Source of the DNA: an uncultured Acidobacteriota bacterium
GTDB lineage: Bacteria > Acidobacteriota > Thermoanaerobaculia > UBA5066
Assembly: GCA_963779415.1 (NCBI GenBank)
Contig: CAVZYA010000001.1
Coordinates: 1,056,001 to 1,120,000 of the forward strand
DNA length: 64,000 bases
Direction of reading: 5' to 3'
Below are positions 1-10,752 of this stretch, piece by piece; position 1 is the first letter of the stretch; the number at the start of each line of letters is the position of its first letter. A program made the position numbers and the translations under genes. The notes under the pieces are model-generated. The model was not told the origin of the DNA and ran no database searches. It saw only the letters and a list, made by a program, of their open reading frames with translations.

Positions 1-689
1 GGCGGGACGAACTCCAGCACCCCTTCCTTCTTGGAGGCCTGCTCCTTCTCCGCGAGGATCTCGAAGTAGGCCTCCTCGTCGAAGACCGGACGGCGCGAGA
101 AGACCTTCGAGACCGTGTGCTCGATCTCGTCCGACGTCAGCCCCTTGAGGCCCATCGCGAGGCGTTTCGCCTCGGCCTCCGGAAGGCCGGCCTCGCCGAA
201 GGTCCTCTTCGCGAGAGCGTTCAGGATGAAGAGGATCTCGACGTCGTCGGGAAGGTCATACTCGACGAGGTGCACTTCCTTCTTCAGGTCCTCGGGGAGG
301 ATCAGGCGCGGCGAGGAGAGGATGACGAACTTCCCGCGCCCCTTGAGCTGCCGGTAGGCGTCGCGCAGGCGCCGGACGACGTCGGGGCGCACCGCGATCT
401 GCGCGGGGAGGTCCTTCATCAGGAAGAAGGCGGGGCCGGCGAACGCGAGGATCGCGTCGAGCGCCTTCAGGGCGTCCGCCGTGTCGGGCCATCTCTCGGC
501 ACCGGCAGAGACGCCGTCGACGCAGGTCCAGGCGAAGAACGGCACCGGCCGCTCGTAGAACTTCTGCGCGAGCGCGGTCACGGCCCGCTCGAGGCGTCCT
601 TCCTCCCACGACTGGACGTAGACGATCGGGTACCCTCCGAGGAGAGCCCGCCGGATCCTCTCCGGTCCGCGGATGGGGACGTCCGCCAT
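1..689 (-). CDS. Ycf46-like AAA+ ATPase, N-terminal part (runs off the window)
   Basis: Not in the ORF track because it is open at the edge. Manual translation from ATG at 689 gives MADVPIRGPERIRRALLGGYPIVYVQSWEEGRLERAV...FAWTCVDG...LILPEDLKKEVHLVEYDLPD...LAEKEQASKKEGVLEFVPP. This matches the Ycf46 N-terminal pattern (YP.lyv.s.EE.R, W....G, EK.Q....G.LEF). The Walker motifs would lie outside the window. Confidence 0.75.
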   Translation of the reverse strand, partial: MADVPIRGPERIRRALLGGYPIVYVQSWEEGRLERAVTALAQKFYERPVPFFAWTCVDGVSAGAERWPDTADALKALDAILAFAGPAFFLMKDLPAQIAVRPDVVRRLRDAYRQLKGRGKFVILSSPRLILPEDLKKEVHLVEYDLPDDVEILFILNALAKRTFGEAGLPEAEAKRLAMGLKGLTSDEIEHTVSKVFSRRPVFDEEAYFEILAEKEQASKKEGVLEFVP

Positions 690-726
690 CGCATAGAATG
701 TAACAGGTAAGGAGTGGACAGCGGTC

Positions 727-2274
727 GTGGCGAATCCGGAACACGTCGAACATCTGAAAAACCCCGAATGGAACGCTTGGCGGACCGAGCACCCGGGCGT
801 CACCCCGGACCTGACGGACACTCTCCTTTCCGAGCTCGACCTTCAGGGCCGGAACCTCTCTGGAGCGGACCTCTCGCGGACGAAGATCGAGGGGACGAAC
901 CTCGACGGAAGCGTCCTGACGAGAGCGATCCTTCAGGGCGCCTCCCTCCGGGGGTCGAGCCTCAACAGGGTCGACCTCTCCGACTGCGACCTCGACTTCC
1001 AGGTCCTCGAGAAGACCTCCCTCGTCGGTGCCGCCCTGCGGAACTGCTCGATCAAGAGCGCCACGATCCGGGAGGCCGACCTCTCGGCATGCGACCTGAC
1101 CGGCGCAAAGCTCGAGGGGACCGACTTCACCGCCACGAACTTCTCCTTCGGACGCCTTCTCTACGCGAATTTCCGCGGGGCCCACATCGACCGGTGCGTC
1201 TTCGAGGGAGCCGACCTCCAGCAGGCGATCTTCGACGGCGTGACCTACAAGGCGGGAAACTTCGCGAAGGCGAACCTCAAGCTCGCTTTCTTCCGCGATG
1301 CGAAGCTGACGGGAACCTCGTTCAAGCAGGCCGTTCTCAACCGGGCCGTCCTCCGTGGCTCGGATCTCCAGCGTTGCGATTTCAGCGGCGCGGATCTTTC
1401 CGAGACCGACTTCGAGCGCGCCCTTTCGGCCGGAGCCAACTTCACCGACACCATCCTCCGGAAGTTCTCGGCCCAGCGGGCCGACTTCAGGCAGTGCGTC
1501 TTCCTCGGCGCCATCTTCGAGGACGCCGACTTCACGGGCGCGTTCCTCGACAAGATCGACCTCCGGACGCCGAAGATCACGCCGTCGAACCCGAAGGCGA
1601 AGCCGCCCAACTTCTCACAGGCCCGGATGACCGACGCCCTCGGAGTCAGCGCGAACCTCAGGGGCTGCAATTTCACCGAGGCCGATCTGACGAACGCCGA
1701 CCTCTCCGAGGCGAACCTGGAAGGAGGCGTTCTCGTCCGGGCGCGGCTCGTCCGGACCGCGTTCCGCCGCGCGAACCTGAAGATGGCGCGGCTGACCGGG
1801 GCCACGGCGATCGGCGCCGACTTCTCCGGCACGAACATGGTCCGGGCAGAGGCCGAGGACGCCGATTTCTCCGAGGCCGATTTCCGCTTCGGACAGCTCG
1901 TCGGGGCGAAGTTGGTCGGCGCGAGCTTCAGGAACGCGAACCTCTCGCATTCCGATTTTTCGGAGGCGGAGCTGGGCGGTTCGTCGTTCATCGGAGCCCA
2001 GGGCGAGTCCGTCAAGTTCACCGGGCAGCTCCACCTCCGCCTCGTCCTCGCGGCCGGCGCCTTCATGAACGCCAAGAAAAAGGTCTCCAAAATCGTGGAA
2101 GGCCAGCGCGAAGTGGAGCGCCAGTCGCGCATCGCGGTGCTGGAGCGGAAGCTGGGCGACCGGGACCGGTCCGTCGCGGCACGAGAGGCTTCGGGCGAGA
2201 AGGAGAAGGAGCGGGAAAAGCGCCCCCGGACCAACGACGCCCGCCGCTCCGGCCTGGTCAGGAAGAAGAAGTAG
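727..2274 (+). CDS. Long pentapeptide-repeat protein
   Basis: About 400 aa of A(D/N)LXX-type repeats (ADLSR, TNLDG, ADFTG, ANLRG...) follow the common N-terminal cap 'WNAWR.EHP...PDL'. The C-terminal tail is basic and helical. Confidence 0.9.
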   Translation: MANPEHVEHLKNPEWNAWRTEHPGVTPDLTDTLLSELDLQGRNLSGADLSRTKIEGTNLDGSVLTRAILQGASLRGSSLNRVDLSDCDLDFQVLEKTSLVGAALRNCSIKSATIREADLSACDLTGAKLEGTDFTATNFSFGRLLYANFRGAHIDRCVFEGADLQQAIFDGVTYKAGNFAKANLKLAFFRDAKLTGTSFKQAVLNRAVLRGSDLQRCDFSGADLSETDFERALSAGANFTDTILRKFSAQRADFRQCVFLGAIFEDADFTGAFLDKIDLRTPKITPSNPKAKPPNFSQARMTDALGVSANLRGCNFTEADLTNADLSEANLEGGVLVRARLVRTAFRRANLKMARLTGATAIGADFSGTNMVRAEAEDADFSEADFRFGQLVGAKLVGASFRNANLSHSDFSEAELGGSSFIGAQGESVKFTGQLHLRLVLAAGAFMNAKKKVSKIVEGQREVERQSRIAVLERKLGDRDRSVAAREASGEKEKEREKRPRTNDARRSGLVRKKK

Positions 2275-3775
2275 CGGGCGTCACGGCCGGAGTCTTCGCC
2301 GGACTCCGCGATCGGGTCTTCTTGGGCGGCTTCGCCGCGGGCGTCGGCGCGGGCGTCGCGGCCGGAGCGGCGGCGGTCGGCGTCGCGGGCACCGTCGTCT
2401 TCGACTCCTTCCCCGCGTCGCGGATCCGGACCGCCTCCCGCTTCAGGTCCTCGAGGATCGCCGCCTCCATCAGGAGCGCGTCCGGGCGTCCCGAAACCTC
2501 CGCCGCCACGACGGGCGGCCCCTCGCCCGGCGCCGCCGGGAAGAACTTCACCGTCCGGGGCGAGGCGTCTCCCTCCTCGAGGACCTCTACCGTGGCGAGC
2601 GGAGGGGCTTTCGGCGCCGCGACGATGCCGCGGGAAGCGTAGTCCTTCCTCGCGACGAAGCCCCGGCTCTCGGCACGCGAGAGGACTCCGAGGAGAGCCT
2701 CCACCGCCGACGCGCCCACCGTGCGGTCCCCGGAGCGCCATTCGCCGTCCACCTTCTCGGCCCCGGCGCGAATGGTTCCCGCCTCGACCTGCACACGCTG
2801 TGTCCGGAAGACGTCGATCGGAAGAATCCGCGACTCGCGAAACGCCGAGAGCTCCTTGCCGATCTCCTCCTGAACGCGGTCGTCCACCACGACGACGAGA
2901 CCGTCGTCCTTCGCGTAGATCTTCCCGGTGGCGTCCGCCTTCGCGGCGCCGAAGGCGAGCGTCGCGACGGTCTCGGTCCCCTTCTGCAGCGTCACGAGGG
3001 CCGAGGGCGGCGCGAGAGAGATCCGCGCGAGGTCCGTCGCCGAGACCGCCGGAAACTCCGAGATCTGGGCCGCCGCGAGATCCGCGAGGAGCCGCTCGAC
3101 GAACGGTCCGTTCGCGAGGTCGGCGACGGGGCTCTCGATCCGCCACGAGGCGGCCGCCCCTTTCGCCGCCGAGCCGTCGCGGACGAGGACGATGCGCGTC
3201 GGGCCCTTCACGAGCACGATTCGCGTGATGTCGGCCGCGGGCGTCTCGAAGAGGCGCTTGCTGCGGTACTCGTTCAGCGGCTTCGAGAGAGCGGCGAGCG
3301 GGGCCGCCTTCACCGCCGCCATCCGCTTCCCGTCCGAGGCGGCGGTCCCGTCCGTGCCCGGGATCTCCTTCCCGAAGGAGACCGTCTCCTGCTCCCCGTC
3401 CTTCATCGTGAGGGTCGCCTTGCCCCGCGGCGCGTCGAGCCCGTACTCCTTCGGATCGAACTTCGAGAGCGGCTCGCCCACCATCTCCAGCCGGCCGAGG
3501 TCGGCGAGGAGCCCGTCGACGGAGAAGGCGTCGGCCGGGCTCGGGGGGTCGGCCTCGACGCGCCACCGGCCTCCGGCGTCTCTCTTCAGCTCCACCTTCG
3601 GGAGGTCGGGGCGCTCGATCAGGATCCGGGTGACGTCGTCGGCCTTGAAGTCGAGCAGGCGCTTCGCCTGCGCCGCGCGCTCCTCGGAGGTCGGCTGTTT
3701 TCGCTCGTAGAGGGCGACGAACGCGAAGAGCGCGAGGAAGACGGCGGTGAGGATCAGGAGCTTCCGGGTCGACAT
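2258..3775 (-). CDS. DUF4340-domain membrane-anchored protein (accessory of the Gld-like ABC cassette)
   Basis: Likely start MSTRKLLILTAVFLALFAFVALYE is an N-terminal TM anchor. It has repeated 'W...P..AD...V..LL..L' and 'YGLD.P' motifs and sits last in the GldA-F-G-like operon. Confidence 0.8.
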   Translation of the reverse strand: MSTRKLLILTAVFLALFAFVALYERKQPTSEERAAQAKRLLDFKADDVTRILIERPDLPKVELKRDAGGRWRVEADPPSPADAFSVDGLLADLGRLEMVGEPLSKFDPKEYGLDAPRGKATLTMKDGEQETVSFGKEIPGTDGTAASDGKRMAAVKAAPLAALSKPLNEYRSKRLFETPAADITRIVLVKGPTRIVLVRDGSAAKGAAASWRIESPVADLANGPFVERLLADLAAAQISEFPAVSATDLARISLAPPSALVTLQKGTETVATLAFGAAKADATGKIYAKDDGLVVVVDDRVQEEIGKELSAFRESRILPIDVFRTQRVQVEAGTIRAGAEKVDGEWRSGDRTVGASAVEALLGVLSRAESRGFVARKDYASRGIVAAPKAPPLATVEVLEEGDASPRTVKFFPAAPGEGPPVVAAEVSGRPDALLMEAAILEDLKREAVRIRDAGKESKTTVPATPTAAAPAATPAPTPAAKPPKKTRSRSPAKTPAVTPATSSS

Positions 3776-3785
3776 CGGCGGCGCC

Positions 3786-5252
3786 TCAACTCCTCCGGCG
3801 GAACCAGATCGCGAGTCCGAGCGCGACGGCGAGGGCCGGAAGGACGAGGAGGACGACGAGCGCGAGCTGTCCGATGTCGCCCCGGGTGAGCGTGACGGCC
3901 ATCTGGTCCGTCGCGCGCGGCGGGATCGCGACGAGGCTCTCCCGCTCGAGCACCCAGTCGGCGGCGCCCGAGAGGAGATAGAGGTTCGCGGCGTTCGCGA
4001 CGCCGCCATTCGAGGCGAAGTCGGCGTCGCCGAAGACGACCATCCTCGTCTTCTTCGCGGGCTCTCCCGTCTTTTCTCCGGCGGCGCGGCTCCCCTCGAC
4101 GGCGACGGCGAGCGGGACGGGACCCTTGAGATCCTTGTCGTCCTTCTTCACCTCGACTTCGAGGTTCTTCAGGTCGGTCTCGCCCCATCCGTCCGGGGAG
4201 GTCTCCACGAGGATCGTGTCCGTGATCCCCGGCGGGAGCTTCTCCAGCGGGCTGACGGAGCGCGCCAGCGGGAAGACGACGGCCGATCCTTCGAGGAGCT
4301 TCGTGATCGCGTGCGGCCGGAACGTCCGGGCGAAGAGGGTGTCCGGCCCGAACATCGGGAGGGCGTTCTTCGGGTCGACGACGACGTCGTTCCCGAGCGT
4401 GACGCCGAAGTCCGAAAGGAGCGGCCCGAGCCCGAAGTCGGACTCCCGGCGCGGCGTGCCCGGAAGGAACTCGACGTCGAGGAAGAGGAGCGCACGCCCG
4501 CCGCCGTCGAGGTACCGCTCGAGCGCGGCGCGCTCGGGCTCGGTGAAGGCGCTTCGCGGCGCGGCCACCACGACGGCGTCGGTCCCGTCGGGCACCGCGG
4601 CGGCGCCGAGGCTCTGCCAGGGCTCGACCGTGCAGTTGTCCCGGCGGAGCGTGTCGGCCAGCGTGAAGAAGCCGTCGCGGCCCCGCCCGTCGAAGGCGCG
4701 CTCGCCGTGCCCCGTCGTGAAGAGGACCTTCGGCGAGTGCGACTGCGTGACGGAGAGGATCGCCGAGGTGAACTCCTGCTCTCCCTTGAAGGCCTTCATC
4801 GTCGGCTCGCCCCCCATCCGGGCGCGCGAGAAGTCGAACTCGGCGAGCTGGTCCTCGGTGACGTACTTCTTCTTCTCGCCCGACCGGAAGACGACCGTCC
4901 CCCCGCGGATCGAGAACTCCTTCACGAGCGCCTCGGCGCGGGCGCGGTTCCGGACCGGGTCGATCGTCTCCACGGAGAGCATCGCCGACTTCGCCTGGTA
5001 GCGGGCGAGGAGCTCCTTCGTCTCGCGGAAGAGCGGCGAGCCTTCCACCATGAAGACCGTCACCTGGACGGGCGTCTTCAGCTCCTTGAGGACCGCGAGC
5101 GACTTCGGAGAGAGCGAGTAGAGGCCGGATCGGGTCCAGTCGAACCGGGCGTAACGGCGCGAGCCGACGTAGTTCACGAGGATGAGGATCCCGAGGCCGA
5201 GGAGGATCGCGGCTCCGACGGTCGCGCGATAGACGTTTCGAGTGCCGTTCAT
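3786..5252 (-). CDS. GldG-like ABC-type uncharacterised transport auxiliary protein
   Basis: N- and C-terminal TM helices plus the motifs RFDWT...YSLS, FTTGHGE, YLDGGG, GPVPLAVA and VFGDADF, typical of the GldG/ABC_transp_aux family. Confidence 0.85.
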   Translation of the reverse strand: MNGTRNVYRATVGAAILLGLGILILVNYVGSRRYARFDWTRSGLYSLSPKSLAVLKELKTPVQVTVFMVEGSPLFRETKELLARYQAKSAMLSVETIDPVRNRARAEALVKEFSIRGGTVVFRSGEKKKYVTEDQLAEFDFSRARMGGEPTMKAFKGEQEFTSAILSVTQSHSPKVLFTTGHGERAFDGRGRDGFFTLADTLRRDNCTVEPWQSLGAAAVPDGTDAVVVAAPRSAFTEPERAALERYLDGGGRALLFLDVEFLPGTPRRESDFGLGPLLSDFGVTLGNDVVVDPKNALPMFGPDTLFARTFRPHAITKLLEGSAVVFPLARSVSPLEKLPPGITDTILVETSPDGWGETDLKNLEVEVKKDDKDLKGPVPLAVAVEGSRAAGEKTGEPAKKTRMVVFGDADFASNGGVANAANLYLLSGAADWVLERESLVAIPPRATDQMAVTLTRGDIGQLALVVLLVLPALAVALGLAIWFRRRS

Positions 5253-5253
5253 C

Positions 5254-5991
5254 TCACTTCCCCTTGTTGACCTCGAGCGCCCGCGTCGCGAGGAAAAGGA
5301 AGAAGACGACGGTGGAGCCGACGTAGACGAGACGGCGCGTATCCACGATGCCGCGGGAGAAGTCGTCCATCTGGTCGAGGATGTTCAGGTAGGAGAGCGC
5401 GTCCCGGAGGTTCGCCGACGGGAGGAGGTCCCGGAAGATCCCGATGAGGAAGCTCCCGAGGATGATCGCGAAGGCGACGATCGCGGCCACGATCTGGTTC
5501 TTCGTCAGGGCGGACGCGAAGGTCCCGGCCGCAAGGAAAAGGGCCCCGACGAGCGCGATGCCGAGGTAACCCGCCGCCACCGGCCCGATGTCGAACCGGC
5601 CGTACCGGGAGAGGAGAAGCGGGTAGACCAGCGTCGGGAGGAAGAGGAAGAGGAAGAAGGACCACCCGCCGATGAACTTCCCCACGACGACGGTCGCCTC
5701 GGAGACCGGAGCCGTCAGCAGGCTCTCGATCGATCCGGTCTTCCGCTCCTCCGAGAGGAGGCGCATCGAGATGACCGACGAGACGATCATCAGGAAGATC
5801 CACTGGAAGACGTTCGTGAAGTAGAGCGACATCATCGCCGTGGACGAAGTCTCCGGCGCGTTCAGGGCGTTCACGAGGAGAACGAAGACCGAGCCGCTCA
5901 CGAGGAGAAAGGCCGTCAGGATGACGTAGGCGAGCGGGCTGACGAAGTACGACAGGAACTCCCGCTTGACGATCGCAACGAGCGCCCTCAC
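5254..5991 (-). CDS. ABC-2 type permease (GldF-like)
   Basis: Start VRALVAIVKREFLSYFVSPLAY; motifs SMRLLSEERKTGSIESLLTAP and SALTKNQIVA; about six TM segments. In the ORF track it appears fused to the ATPase only because of frameshifts. Confidence 0.85.
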   Translation of the reverse strand: MRALVAIVKREFLSYFVSPLAYVILTAFLLVSGSVFVLLVNALNAPETSSTAMMSLYFTNVFQWIFLMIVSSVISMRLLSEERKTGSIESLLTAPVSEATVVVGKFIGGWSFFLFLFLPTLVYPLLLSRYGRFDIGPVAAGYLGIALVGALFLAAGTFASALTKNQIVAAIVAFAIILGSFLIGIFRDLLPSANLRDALSYLNILDQMDDFSRGIVDTRRLVYVGSTVVFFLFLATRALEVNKGK

Positions 5992-7011
5992 TCTGGTCCC
6001 TCCGTAAACGGCGGCATCTCGGCGGTCCGGGCCCGCTCCCTTGCGAGAGTTCCCGCCTCGTCCTCCGAAGCCGGCTCCTCGCGCGCGACGAGCCGGACGA
6101 AGACGTCCTCGAGGGACGCCTGCCGCGGGGTCATCTCGAGGAGTGTCCACCCGCGGGCGACCACCTCGCGGAAGACGGCCTCGCGGAGGTCGGCGCCCTC
6201 TGATCGACTCCAGAAGGACGCGCGTCTCGCCGGCGGCGCCGATCCGCGAGGCGTGGGCGACGCCCGGGATCTGCCGGAGCGCGACGTCCGCCTCGGAGAT
6301 CTCCCCCTTCAGGACGACGCCGAGCCCCGGATGCTGCGCCATCTCCTGCCGGAGCGTCTCCGGCGTCCCCTGCGCGACGATCTTCCCGCGGTCGATGATG
6401 AGGATCCGGTCGCAGAGAAGCTCGACCTCGGGAAGGATGTGCGTCGAGAGGAGGATCGTGTGGTCCTTCTTCAGGTCCCGGATCAGCTCGCGCACCTTCA
6501 TGATCTGGCGCGGATCGAGGCCCGACCGTCGGCTCGTCGAGGACGAGGACCATCGGGCCGGTGGACGAGCGCCGCCGGCGAGGCCGACCCGCTGCCGGTA
6601 GCCTTTCGAGAGGTTCCCGATCGGCTTGTCGGCGACGTCCGTCGACGAAGCAGGTCTCCAGCGCCTCGCCGACGCGCGACGCGGCGTCGCGGCGCGGAAC
6701 GCCGCAGAGGCGTCGCCCGGTACGCGACGTATTCGCGGACCCGCATCTCCGGATAGAGCGCGAGCGTCTCGGGGAGGTAGCCGAGATGGCGCTTGGCCTC
6801 GAGCGGCCTGGCGAGGACGTCGATGCCGGCCAGGGAGACCCGTCCCGCCGTCGGCGGCGAGGAACCCCGTGATCATCCGCATCGTGGTCGTCTTCCCGGC
6901 CCCGTTCGGTCCGAGGAAGCCGAGGATCTCGCCATCCTCGACGCGGAAGCTGACATCGTCGACGGCCGTTGTCCCGAAAAACGACTTCGTGAGACTCTCG
7001 ACTTCGAGCAT
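5988..7011 (-). CDS. ABC transporter ATP-binding protein (GldA-like), frameshifted in this assembly
   Basis: Walker A GPNGAGKTT, signature LSKGYRQRVGLA, Walker B VLVLDEPTVG (in another frame) and H-loop LSTHIL. The pieces are spread over all three minus frames. Confidence 0.85.
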
Positions 7012-7105
7012 CGTATGTTGGGCGCCGCAAGGGCCCTGGATCTTCGGATCCGGTCCGCGCCGCGGACGCGGTCGGAATATAGCAGGCGGCGGGTAAAGTG
7101 AGGGC

Positions 7106-7995
7106 GTGACCGCCGCCGCGTCGCGCCGCGGGACTCGCCGTCACGCTCGCCCTCCTCACGGTGACGGTCTGGGGCGTGAACTACCCCGCCATGAAGGTCG
7201 CCCTCCGGGAGATGCACCCGCTCGCCTACACGGGCTGGCGTTTCGTCCTCGCCGACGGCTCTCGTCCTCGCCGAAGCCGCCTGGGAGCGCGGGCCGGCGC
7301 TTCCGCCGCGGGGCGAGCGACGCCTCGCTCTTCTCCTGGCTCTCACGGGGGTCGGCCTCTACCAGTGGTTCTTCGCCTGGGGCGTCGCGAAGACGAGCGG
7401 CTTCGCGGCGGCCCTTCTCAACTCCACCTCGCCCCTCTTCTCCGCGTTCTTCGCGATTCTCGTCGGCCTCGAGCGCTGGACCGCCCGCTCCGCCGCGGGC
7501 TCCGCGGTGGCCTACGGGGGCGTCGTCCTCTTCGTCGCCTCGAGCCACGCGGCCGAAGGGGGAAGCCTCGCCGGCAACGTCCTTTGTCTTCTCTCGGCCG
7601 CGACCTGGGCGGTCTACACGGTCGCGGCGGCCCGGCTCCCCGGTCGCCTCTCCCCCCTCCAGGCGCAGTTCGCGACCTTCGTCGGCGGCTCGGTCCCGCT
7701 TCTGATCTACTGCGCTCCCGCGATGGCGAGCCAGGATTACCGCGCCGTCTCCGCGGGGACATGGGTCATCCTCGCGCTCTCCGCCGTCCTCCCGCTCGTC
7801 GTCGCGTTTCGCGTCTGGACGTTCGCCATCGGCGCCCTCGGCGTCTCGCCGACGACGAGCTACGGATTCCTCGTCCCCGTGATCGCCGGGGTCTCCTCGG
7901 CTCTCTGGACCGGCGAGACCTTCGGCCCGGAGAAGCTCCTTTCGGCCGCCGTCGTCCTTCTCGGCCTCGCGCTGACGAAGTCGGGCCGGCGCTAG
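7106..7995 (+). CDS. DMT/EamA family transporter, frameshifted
   Basis: Joined frames give VTLALLTVTVWGVNYPAMKVAL..HPLAYTGWRF, then NSTSPLF, GNVLCLLSAATWAVYT and YGFLVPVIAG..WTGE. These are the two EamA repeats. Confidence 0.8.
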
Positions 7996-8007
7996 ACTCC
8001 CGCCCTC

Positions 8008-8978
8008 ATGCCGCTCCCGCCTCGCCTCCGGAAGTTCCTGCGGATCGCCGGGATTTCCCTCGCCGTTCTCATCGCCGCATTCTGCGTCGTCCCGTACGTG
8101 ATCCCGCTCCCGGGCCCCGCCCCGGTCGCGGCAGAGTCGCTCGCCCCCGCGGGAGGACGGTTCCTGACGATCGCCGGGACGCGAACATTCCTCGTGGAGG
8201 CGGGACCGAAGGACGGGCCGGCGGTCGTCCTCGTCCACGGCTTCGGCGGATCGACTTTTTCGTACCGGAAGAACGTCGGCCCGCTCGGGGAAGCCGGCTT
8301 CCATGTCGTCACGTTCGACCTTCCGGGCTCTGGCCTATCCGACAAGAAATGGGACGCCGACTACTCGCATCAGGCGGCTGCTGACTTCATCGTCGCGGCG
8401 ATGAAGGAGGTGGGGATCGCCCGGGCGACCCTCGTCGGCCACAGCCTGGGGGGAAACATCGTCGCCCACGTCGCCGAGCGTCATCCCGAGGTCGTCGCGA
8501 AGATCGTCTTCGTCGCCCCGGTCTTCTTCGAAGGGGAGGCACCGGGAGCCGGGCGCTGGCTTCTCCGCTTTCCCCCGTCCGGCGCTGGGCGCAGATCATC
8601 GTTCGGCGGAAGCTGAGGCCGCCGGGATCCGGACGTACTCTCAGAACCGGTTTCGGAGACCCGTCGCTCGTGACGAACGAGGTCATCGAGGGATACGCGG
8701 CGCCGCGGCGAATGAAGGACTGGGAGCTGGCGCTCCTCGGGATGGCGCGCGACGCCCCGAAAAGCGCCCTCGCCCGTCCGCTCGCAGAGATCAGGGTCCC
8801 GGTCCTGATCCTCTGGGGTGACCGGGACGCCTGGGTGCCGATCGCGCGCGGAGAGCCGCTCCGAAAGGAGCTGCCGCGGGCGGAGTGGTTCGTCGTTCCG
8901 GGCGCCGGTCATCTCGTCCTCGAAGAGAGGCCCGGCGAATTCAATGCCCGCTTGATCGCGTTCCTGAGAGAGCCGTAG
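8008..8978 (+). CDS. Alpha/beta-fold hydrolase with N-terminal anchor, frameshifted near 8580
   Basis: HGFGG oxyanion motif and GHSLGG nucleophile elbow in 8008-8616. The acid (WGDRDAWVP) and His (GAGHLV) are in 8670-8978. Confidence 0.85.
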
Positions 8979-10752
8979 GCGGCGTCTTTGCGGACTTCTT
9001 CGGCCGGGACGGCTTTCCGGCCTCCGGCTTCTTCGGCGGCGCCTTCTTCGCCTCCGGAGCGCCCGTCTCCCCGTCCGCTCCGAAGTACTCCATCAGCCCC
9101 GCCGCCGCCGCTTCGGCGACCTGCTGCCGGAAGCGGCGCGTCAGGATGAGGGTCCGGTCCTCGTCGTTCCCGAGGTTCGCGATCTCGAGCAGGACCCGGC
9201 TCGGGATCTGGTTGTAGCGGAGAACGGCCGGGACCCACTCCCGCCCCGCCCGGATGACGTGAGTCCGGACCGGCGAGAAGGGGTGGACCTCGAGGCCGCT
9301 TCGGCGCATCGCGGCGACGATCTTTCCGGCGAGGGCTGTCGACGCGCCTTCCGAGGCGACGCGGTCCCGCCGACTGAAGGAGACGACGGGCTGCTCGCGC
9401 CACTCCCGGAAGGTCGGGAAGGGAGCGCCGCGCTTGCCGTACCGCTCGCGAAGGAAGCGCTCGCCCGGGACGTAGACCATCGCGCCGCGCAGCGACGGGT
9501 GGAGCGAGTCCGCGTGGATCGAGATGAAGACCGTCCGTTCCGGCGCGATCCTCTTCTTCGCGGGGCCCGGGCGATTCAGAAGGCTGTTCGCGAGGTACCA
9601 GCGGAGATTGACGCCGACGAGAGGGTCCGAGAGGTCGTACCGGGGATTCGTGAGGAGCGACTGCGACCTGCTGGAAGGGAGCCGGTCCTTTTCGACGACC
9701 TTCCACCCCTTCGCCTCGTCGCGGGTCGTCAGGACGACCTCCGCCTGCGTCCTCTCCATGAGGATCTTCCGGAGACGCACGGCGACGTCGTAGACGTAGG
9801 TCGCCTCCCAGATCCCTCCCTGGATCGTCCCCGTGTCCCGCCCGCCATGTCCGGCGTCGAGAACGACGCGGACCCCCGAGAGGCCTTTCGCCTGTGCCGG
9901 CATGGCGAACTGCGTGGCCTCCGCCTTCTCCCGGGCGAGCGCCTGCCCGCGCGGATCGTCGGGCGGGAGGAACTCCTCGGAGAGGACGTCGAGCGGGATC
10001 CGGATCGGATAGCCGACCGGAATCGCGTGAACGTCGTCGACTCCCGACCGGATGGCGATCGCGTTCGCGAGCTCGATGACGTCGGCGGCGTGGACGCGCC
10101 CCGTGAAACGGACGACGACGGCGGAGTAGAGCGCCTCCTTCTTCCGGAGACGGTAGATGGCGAAGCGCCCCTTCTCGTCCTCCCCGTACGACAGCTGCGG
10201 CGGCTCGGTCTCGTCCAGCGCGTCGGCGTCCCGGAAGGGGCGGAGAAGATGCTCCGTCGGAATCCGGACCGTCGTGCCGCGCGGGACGATGTCGCCTTGA
10301 AGACCGTTCTCCTTCGCGAGCGAGGCGGAAAGAGCGGTCCGGCCGGTGAACCACTCGGCGACCGCCGGGAGGCTCTCCTCCATGACGGCGATGTGAAGCC
10401 ACCCCGCCGTCGCCCGGACGTCCGCCGGAAAGAGAGCGCGGATTGCCGCGAGCTTCACGTCGTCCGAGAGAAGCGGATAGGGGACGACGACCGGTCGGCC
10501 GCCCGAGGGCTCGCCCGGAAGCGCGAGGATCTCGCCGGCCGTGCGCGGATCGGCGACGAGGCGCTCGGCGAACTGCATCGGCGTCTCCCCTTCCAGGGGC
10601 CGCGCCTCGACCGAGATCTTTCCCCCCGCGAGGACCACCTCGAAATCGGCCGAGACCGCGACGCGCCGCTCCGGCGGCGAGGACGGGGGTGCGGGCGACG
10701 CCGAGAGCGCCGCGGCGACGAGGATGGCGGGGAGGGCGGCCCCGCTCCTCAA
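8941..10752 (-). CDS. N-acetylmuramoyl-L-alanine amidase (Amidase_3) with LysM-like N-terminal segments
   Basis: Zn-site motifs [21 protein letters not shown] and VLLEIAN. Signal-like start at TTG 10752 overlaps the gatA stop (TTGA). Upstream segments end in 'G..VRIP' and 'G..IRIP', as LysM domains do. Confidence 0.8.
   Translation of the reverse strand: MRSGAALPAILVAAALSASPAPPSSPPERRVAVSADFEVVLAGGKISVEARPLEGETPMQFAERLVADPRTAGEILALPGEPSGGRPVVVPYPLLSDDVKLAAIRALFPADVRATAGWLHIAVMEESLPAVAEWFTGRTALSASLAKENGLQGDIVPRGTTVRIPTEHLLRPFRDADALDETEPPQLSYGEDEKGRFAIYRLRKKEALYSAVVVRFTGRVHAADVIELANAIAIRSGVDDVHAIPVGYPIRIPLDVLSEEFLPPDDPRGQALAREKAEATQFAMPAQAKGLSGVRVVLDAGHGGRDTGTIQGGIWEATYVYDVAVRLRKILMERTQAEVVLTTRDEAKGWKVVEKDRLPSSRSQSLLTNPRYDLSDPLVGVNLRWYLANSLLNRPGPAKKRIAPERTVFISIHADSLHPSLRGAMVYVPGERFLRERYGKRGAPFPTFREWREQPVVSFSRRDRVASEGASTALAGKIVAAMRRSGLEVHPFSPVRTHVIRAGREWVPAVLRYNQIPSRVLLEIANLGNDEDRTLILTRRFRQQVAEAAAAGLMEYFGADGETGAPEAKKAPPKKPEAGKPSRPKKSAKTPPTALSGTRSSGH

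Noticed and set aside
727-2000. Pentapeptide DNA periodicity as a CRISPR or tandem DNA array
   Set aside because: The 15-nt periodicity comes from protein repeats. There are no identical repeats with unique spacers and no cas genes.
5254-7011. Apparent ATPase-permease fusion (585-aa ORF)
   Set aside because: It arises from frameshifts. The ATPase stop overlaps the permease start (GTGA at 5991-5988).
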